DNA from: Eledone cirrhosa
Taxonomy: Eukaryota
Reading direction: 5' to 3'
NCBI GenBank assembly: GCA_964016885.1
Contig: OZ024756.1
Coordinates: 37,262,001-37,326,000 of the forward strand
DNA: 64,000 bases
In this document: positions 56,770 through 64,000 of the stretch, one piece after another
How positions within the stretch are numbered: the stretch's first letter is position 1
Layout of the letters: each line of letters begins with the position of its first letter
Made by a program: the position numbers and the translations under genes
Notes under the pieces: model-generated
What the model saw: only the letters and a program-made list of their open reading frames with translations
Told to the model about the DNA's origin: nothing
Database searches by the model: none

Positions 56770-57190
56770 CTGAGCCGGATTTAGGACAAATAAGGCCCTG
56801 TGCTAGTTAAATGTTGAGGCTTTATGCTAGTCAAGTTATGAGGCCACTTACTTGGGCCCTAAAGGAGGGAGGCCCTGTAAAAAAAATTTGTGGGTGCAGA
56901 AAGATGGGTCTCTCTGGCCAACGGGGCCCTATGCTAGTTAAGTTATGAGGCCACTTATTTGGGCCCTAGAGAAGGTAGGCCCGGTAAAAAAAAAAATTGG
57001 GGCTGCAGGAAGATGGGTCTCTCTGGCCAACGGGGCCCTGTGCTAGTTAAGTTATGAGGCCACTTACTTGGGCCCTAAAGAAGGTAGGCTCGGTAAAAAA
57101 AAATTGCGGGTGCAGAAAGATGGGTGCCCCTGGGGGCAACGGGGCCCTGTGGTAAAGCACACCTAAAGCGCAATAGTAAATTTGGCACTG
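56770..57190. mobile_element. hAT-like MITE with ~3 internal ~115-bp tandem repeats
   Basis: Imperfect TIRs CTGAGCCGGATTTA / TAAATTTGGCACTG, many GGGCCC motifs, 8-bp flanks GTTGCAAC / GTCGCAGA (5/8). Confidence 0.55.
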
Positions 57191-57423
57191 GTCGCAGATC
57201 CCTTGGCAGAAAGAGGTGGGATTTGAACTTAGAACCAAGATATTTGGAACAGATGTCACAGAACATTCTGTCGGATTCTTTAACAATTCCTCTAAGCTAC
57301 CGGCCCAGCTGTAGCAACTTTATTTATCGATCTCAGAAGGATGAAAGGCAAAGTTCAGCTCCTTGAAGGGATTTACACTCGTAGAAAGCTATATGTGTGT
57401 GTGTATATATATTTATATATATC

Positions 57424-57455
<32 letters not shown>

Positions 57456-57465
57456 CATTTATACG

Positions 57466-57533
<68 letters not shown>

Positions 57534-57747
57534 TATATGTATGTATATGTATATATATGTATATATATATATATATGTATGCATATGTATATATATGTAT
57601 ATATATGTATATATATATGTATGTATATGTATATATATGTATGTATATATATATATATATACATACATATATATATATATATATACATATACATACATAT
57701 ATATATATATACATATATATATATATGTGTGTGTGTGTGTGTATATG

Positions 57748-57796
<49 letters not shown>

Positions 57797-57982
57797 GTGT
57801 GTGTATATATATACACACATATATATACGTGTGTGTGTATATATATACACACACATATATATATATATACGTGTGTGTGTATATATATACACACATATAT
57901 ATATATATATATATACGTGTGTGGGTATATATATACACACACACGTATATATATATATATGTGTGTGTCTGAATGTTCACAC

Positions 57983-58035
57983 TGACGTAATTAATTTCAG
58001 CATCATCGATGATGATGCTGAAATTAATTACGTCA
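57983..58035. repeat. Perfect 25-bp inverted repeat with 3-nt loop
   Basis: TGACGTAATTAATTTCAGCATCATC-gat-GATGATGCTGAAATTAATTACGTCA. Confidence 0.9.
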
Positions 58036-58390
58036 TCATCATCATCATCGTCATTGTTGTTGTTCACACCTCCCACAACTGTCACCTCCCACCAACACCT
58101 CACTTTGCTTTCTTTCTTCTAATTTATAAAAGCCCCCCCCCCCCCACTCTGCTCCTTTTACCCCAACCTCTCCCCACCCCCCAACAACTCTGCTCCTCCT
58201 CCTTCAGTTTTTTCCGTCTCCCCATCTCTCCACCTAACACTCACTCCTACCTCCTCTAAATCTTCCTCGTCTTTGTGTCTATACACACACTGCTAACTTC
58301 ATCACACACACACACACATACGCACACTGCTAACTTCATCACACACACACACACACACACACACACTGCTAACTTCATCACACACATACG

Positions 58391-58426
<36 letters not shown>

Positions 58427-58562
58427 GACGGAGACGCGTATATACGCACCCATTCAAACAAACACTCATATATATGTGTGTGTGTGTGTGTGTCTGTCTG
58501 TCTATGTGTGTGTATTCATATCATACATACATATAATTACACACATACCGATGCTCACCCCT

Positions 58563-58619
<57 letters not shown>

Positions 58620-58768
58620 TCTCTCTCTCTCACTCTCACTCTCTCTCTTTCTTTACATATATATATATTCTATTATATATATATATATCATCTCTGGCTA
58701 TCTAAAAGTATCTTTCTGCTTTTCTCTTCACCCAACTCCCATATCTGTCTCCTAGTCCCTTAATGGCG

Positions 58769-58822
<54 letters not shown>

Positions 58823-60267
58823 CTATTTATCTATCTATCTCTGATTAGCCAACATGGCAAGGTGCCTGGCACACGTACCTACCCCGTCCCCTGCACTCTA
58901 CCCCCACCGCGCCCGTCCCATGTCCCTCCAAAAGCCAGCACAGTCACTGCTTTAAATCTTCTCCTCTTCCCCACCGCCACACTCTGCCGTCATTCATATC
59001 TTCCACCACCGCCGCCACCACTACCACCACCACCACCGCCACCGCCACCGCCACCACCACCGTCCACCATATTTTCTTCTACAGATGATATGAGTTTTAT
59101 CAAAGTCACAGATGTAGTATTACTTGTATTGAATGCGCTCACCACCACCACCAACATCATCACCACCACCACCACCACCCCCACTACCACAACCACCAGC
59201 ATCACCTCTACCACCACCACCACTACTACCACCACCACTACCATCTTACATAAAACACACATCAGGTGAATCAACTGATGTGGTGGTGGTGGTGTGGTGG
59301 TGGCGGTGATGTTGTTGTTGGTGGTGGTGGTGGTAGAGGTGATGTTGTTGTTGGTGGTGGTGGTGGTAGAGGTGATGTTGGTGGTGGTGGTGGTGGTGGT
59401 GGTGGTGGTAGAGGTGATGTTGGTGGTGGTGGTGGTGTATAGTGGTGATGATAATAAAAATAGTTATGATGATAATGATGATAATGATGGTGGTGGTGGT
59501 GGTGGTGGTGGTCGTCGTGGTGGTGGTGGTGGTGATGGTGATGGTGATGGTGATGGTGGTGGTGATGGTGATGGTGGTGATGGTGGTGATGATGGTGATG
59601 GTGGTGATGCTGATGGTGGTGATGGTGGTGATGGTGGTGATGGTGATGGTGGTGATGGTGGTGATGGTGATGGTGGTGATGGTGGTGATGGTGGTGATGG
59701 TGATGGTGGTGATGGTGATGGTGGTGATGGTGGTGATGGTGGTGATGGTGATGGTGGTGATGGTGGTGATGGTGATGGTGATGGTGATGGTGATGGTGGT
59801 GGTGATGGTGATGGTGGTGATGGTGGTGATGGTGGTGACGTGATGGTGATGGTGGTGGTGATGGTGATGGTGGTGGTGGTGATGGTGGTGATGGTGGTGA
59901 TGGTGGTGGTGGTGATGGCGACAAGTCAACATCTCAGGCACAATGGAAAATTACTACATGGTGGATGTATGTTTGATGGAGGTGTTGCTGGTGGCGGGGG
60001 AGTGGCTTAGTAGGTGATTGTGTGTACGTGAGTGTGTGTGTGTACGTGAGTGTGTGTGTGTGTGTACGTGAGTGTGTGTGTGTGTACGTGAGTGTGTGTG
60101 TGCGTGTCTGTGTGTGTGTGTGTACGTGAGTGTGTGTGTGTGTACCTGTGTGTTAGTATAGTGTAGGTGAATGTGGAGTTCTATGTGTGGTGGTGTTGTT
60201 GGTGAGGGGTGCAATATTTGACCGTAAGATCTTTCAACCCTGGTGTATATATGTGTGTATGTATGAA

Positions 60268-60303
<36 letters not shown>

Positions 60304-60306
<3 letters not shown>

Positions 60307-60421
60307 CGAAGGAAATGTGGTAAGGAACCAGATGGACCATAACGCACCAAAGTACTCAATACTTAGGGTAGTAGAGTGGGTAATAGGAACGAGTAGGACC
60401 CCGGGGTCCTACTCGTTCCTA
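60304..60421 (-). mobile_element. Family A copy with loop-less palindromic turn
   Basis: TAGGAACGAGTAGGACCCC|GGGGTCCTACTCGTTCCTA plus full tail. Confidence 0.85.
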
Positions 60422-60474
60422 TATATATATATATTAGCATTGGAGCACCAATACTAATATATATATACATATAT

Positions 60475-60575
<101 letters not shown>

Positions 60576-60785
60576 TATATACATATATACATATATACAT
60601 ATTTATATATATATATAGAGAGAGAGAGAGAGCGGGGGGGGGGATGACAGAGATATGTATAATAGGGGTAGGTGGTGGTTTACAGAGATAGAGGAGATGG
60701 TGGGTGCTTTCGTTTTATTCTTTATTTATTTATCATTTTTACTTTACAAAAATCTTTAGGTGGGGTTTCACATTCTTTCATACCT

Positions 60786-60849
<64 letters not shown>

Positions 60850-60912
60850 CTCTCACTCTCTCACAGCTTTCTCTATTTCTTTCTCCCCCCCCCCCCCTCT
60901 CTATCTCTCTCC

Positions 60913-60945
<33 letters not shown>

Positions 60946-61058
60946 CAATCTTTTCTTTCGTTCTCTCTCAAATTTCCTCTGGGTTTTCCTTTCTTGCCTT
61001 TTACTTAAATATTTTAGATACTTTTCTCCTCATTTCCTTCCTGCCTCAATGTAAAGAA

Positions 61059-61109
<51 letters not shown>

Positions 61110-61137
61110 TGGTTACACAACAGTTAATTCACCATAT

Positions 61138-61175
61138 CGAGAACAATTGTTTCACCTTAACGGATCCTCAGCTCG
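61138..61175 (-). ncRNA. Minimal hammerhead ribozyme motif in a TA-flanked element (61107-61287)
   Basis: Minus strand CGAG-CTGAGGA-t-CC-gttaa-GG-t-GAA-ACAATTGT-T-CTCG. Confidence 0.7.
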
Positions 61176-61282
61176 TAATCCTTTAGTCAAGAAGGTCCGC
61201 CTCGAAACGGGCAAGTTCAGTTACCTTAGGAGGGTAGGCTCTCGATTTCAGGTTGAAGGTGTTACTGGTGCCTGTAATTACC

Positions 61283-61354
<72 letters not shown>

Positions 61355-61357
<3 letters not shown>

Positions 61358-61546
61358 CGAAGGAAATGTGGTAAGGAACCAGGTGGACCATAACGCACCA
61401 AAGTACTCAATACTTAGGGTAGTAGAGTGGGTAATAGGAACAAGTAAGACCGCGACGGCTGAGCTCAAGCCGTTTCGACGGCTAATTCTGGACGGAATTA
61501 GCCGTCGAAACGGCTTGAGCTCAGCCGTCGGGGTCTTACTTGTTCC

Positions 61547-61548
<2 letters not shown>
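61355..61548 (-). mobile_element. Family A copy
   Basis: Full tail plus ~55-bp fold-back ending in TTCCTA; (TA)n flanks. Confidence 0.85.
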
Positions 61549-61591
<43 letters not shown>

Positions 61592-62421
61592 CCGCCGAAG
61601 TCCACTTTTCGTTCCATCCTTCCAGGGTTTGATAAAATAAAATACCAGTCAAATACTGAGGTTGATTTAATAGACTTTTCTCCTTACAAAAATAATAGTC
61701 CTTGTAACAACTATAGAAATTATCCTTATCTTTATTACTGTTAATATTTAAAAAAACTAAAATGCTCGAAATTTTCAGCTCCTTTCGTTATTTTCCGGCG
61801 TTGAGTTCGATATTTCACCGGTGGCTATTGTTGAGTTATAGTTTAGACAAATAAATACATGAATTAACAAGATGAAACATAAGTTCAGCAGCTGAATAGC
61901 TATTAGAAACATTCGTGTAAATAGCTATGTATAGCACTAGGGACTTGAAATAACGCTCGTGTAAATAGCAAATGTTTAGAAGACTGCTATTTATAGTTGA
62001 AATCAACACAGTAGACATATAAATGGCGATAAGGTTCGTGCAAATAGCTTGCCTCAGACTTCTGTTGCTAGTGGTGGTGGTTAATGAGGGGAAAAAACCT
62101 ATCGTGGGTATAGCAAACATCAGAAAGTGTGTGGAAAGTAACACTTGTTGAAGTAATTATTAACAGCTGGTAGGGTTTCAATCCTCACATGTAACCCTTC
62201 CATTTCACTTACATAGATAGATCCCCCTTTTTGTAAGGCACGAACGCCACAATTTCATTAATGTCATGACAACAATAACAATAGTCAATATGGTAAAGAA
62301 AACTATATATTTGGGAGAGGCTTATAGTTAGTTAGACCTATCTAACCCACTACTTCATTGACACATCATTATCGTTCAGGTCAGTTTTACAATGCAGCCG
62401 ACTGAGGTTACCTAATTCCGT

Positions 62422-62602
62422 TGGATTGGAAGTATCGGTAGAGGGTCGGGCGCCATGCTTTGAAGCATAGAGTTACCTCCCTTTGTGATCTAAGTTCAAA
62501 TCCCGCCGAGGTTAACTTTGCCTTTCATCCTTACGGGGTCGATAAAATAAAGTACCAGTAATGCACTGGGACAATTGCTGGCCTGGTGCCAAAAGTAGAA
62601 AC

Positions 62603-62607
<5 letters not shown>
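62422..62607 (+). mobile_element. SINE S1, full length
   Basis: Matches the S1 consensus over its length and ends GTAGAAACAATT(AT)n. Confidence 0.9.
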
Positions 62608-62693
<86 letters not shown>

Positions 62694-62763
62694 TTTTATA
62701 ATTCTGTCCGTGAATATATATATATAAAGAGAGAGAGAGAGACAGAGATAGAGAGAGACAGAC

Positions 62764-62795
<32 letters not shown>

Positions 62796-62994
62796 GGTGA
62801 AATAAGGGGCGGGAGAGAGAAAGATACTGTGCAGATTAGTACAATGTTAGTTTCACTGATGGCTTCATATCTCAGTTAATAAACCAGCCACTCTCCAGAC
62901 TATATAATATTAGAAGCCTTCTAAAAATAACAAAGGCTCGCAGCATATGCAGAAACATAAATACATCCCTAGTCAAGCGGTCCAGCAATGCTGA

Positions 62995-63275
62995 GTCAAT
63001 AGCATATGAATTCGAAGTCAACTCAACTAAACTGCATGGTTTAGCATAAACACTAAATTGGGATGGTAGAAGAGTAATGTAAGCTTCGATAGTTCAACCA
63101 CTCATCCCCCTTTAATCCAGAAAAAAAATAAGAACACAGAACTTTATCAGGCTACAGTGAGCCTTTAAAAGATAATGACAGCAAGTGGAAGATCTTAGGA
63201 AAAAACAGACAATACATAAATGGGACTAAATGGTGCAATCATATACAGCTGATAAGAAATTCTATTATATAACAT
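62995..63275 (+). pseudogene. Decayed Penelope-like GIY-YIG endonuclease C-terminus
   Basis: Frameshifted NTEL...LKDN...KWKILGKNRQYINGTKWCN...KKFYYI (KW starts at 63183) resembles the TELS..IW.LK...I.W.I......Y......CNLC..EK..I end of PLE proteins. Confidence 0.55.
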
Positions 63276-63334
63276 CAGATATTTTTTGTTTATCAAAATT
63301 TATCCCTCATATTGACACCCACTATATATATACA

Positions 63335-63373
<39 letters not shown>

Positions 63374-63510
63374 TTCTGTGTGTGTGCATGTATATATACA
63401 AGAATGTCTGCATGTAAATATATATAAACGGAGTGACCAGTTCTATCCAGTGGTGAACCACACAACATATATATATATATATATATCGGTTCTTCCGATG
63501 ACTTCGTTTC

Positions 63511-63586
<76 letters not shown>

Positions 63587-64000
63587 GTGTGTGTGGGGGG
63601 GGGGGTGTATACATATATATATATATAAGAGGAAGTAAGGGTTCCATATGTTGCCAGACAAGGTGTCGGGGTATGTTGTGTGGTTGTGGTGCCAACTTTA
63701 AGATGTAACAACAGAGGTAGACGTAACAACTACTAAGCTATACAAGTATCAACAAACGTTCGTTAGATGGGATAGTTTATCGGATAACACTAGTGGCTCC
63801 ACCATAAACATAGCGGAATATCTGAGAAACTGTGACACTCACTTGGTTTCACTTTACGACTCTCTTAGGAACACCTGTTCATCATGTAAATCAACATCGG
63901 GCTGTCTGTCTGTGTGTGTGTGTATATCTATGTATGTGTGTGTGAGTATGTAAGTATTCGTGTATGTATATATATGTATGTATATACGTATGTTTATGGG

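Overview
Eukaryotic, AT-rich DNA dominated by microsatellites ((TA)n, (CA)n, (GA)n, (GATA)n, (CAC)n, (CTA)n and a ~4.5 kb CCACACCA satellite). The repeat content suggests a coleoid cephalopod such as Octopus (inference, not confirmed). Almost all supplied ORFs are microsatellite artefacts. The only convincing host coding sequence is a first exon at 47662-47782 (+) starting with a SNAG-like repressor motif (MPRSFLFTNKRY); no zinc-finger exons are recognisable in the remaining 16 kb. Mobile elements include a young 5'-truncated RTE LINE, older RTE remnants, about 15 copies of a tRNA-derived SINE (three with clear TSDs), CORE-type SINEs, two hAT-like MITEs, two Tx1/L1-like 3' ends inside (GATA)n, and decayed Penelope-like (PLE) RT and GIY-YIG fragments. 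The most striking signal is a set of short non-coding elements sitting inside (TA)n tracts. At least four unrelated families share a fold-back (inverted arm) plus unpaired tail architecture. Nine minimal hammerhead-ribozyme motifs (CUGANGA...GAAA..UH, mostly with a palindromic stem III) lie in such elements, although the most abundant fold-back family carries none. Together this looks like a system of non-autonomous, TA-targeting, PLE-mobilised RNAs (retrozyme/SINE-like). All calls were made by eye, with no database searches or folding computations.
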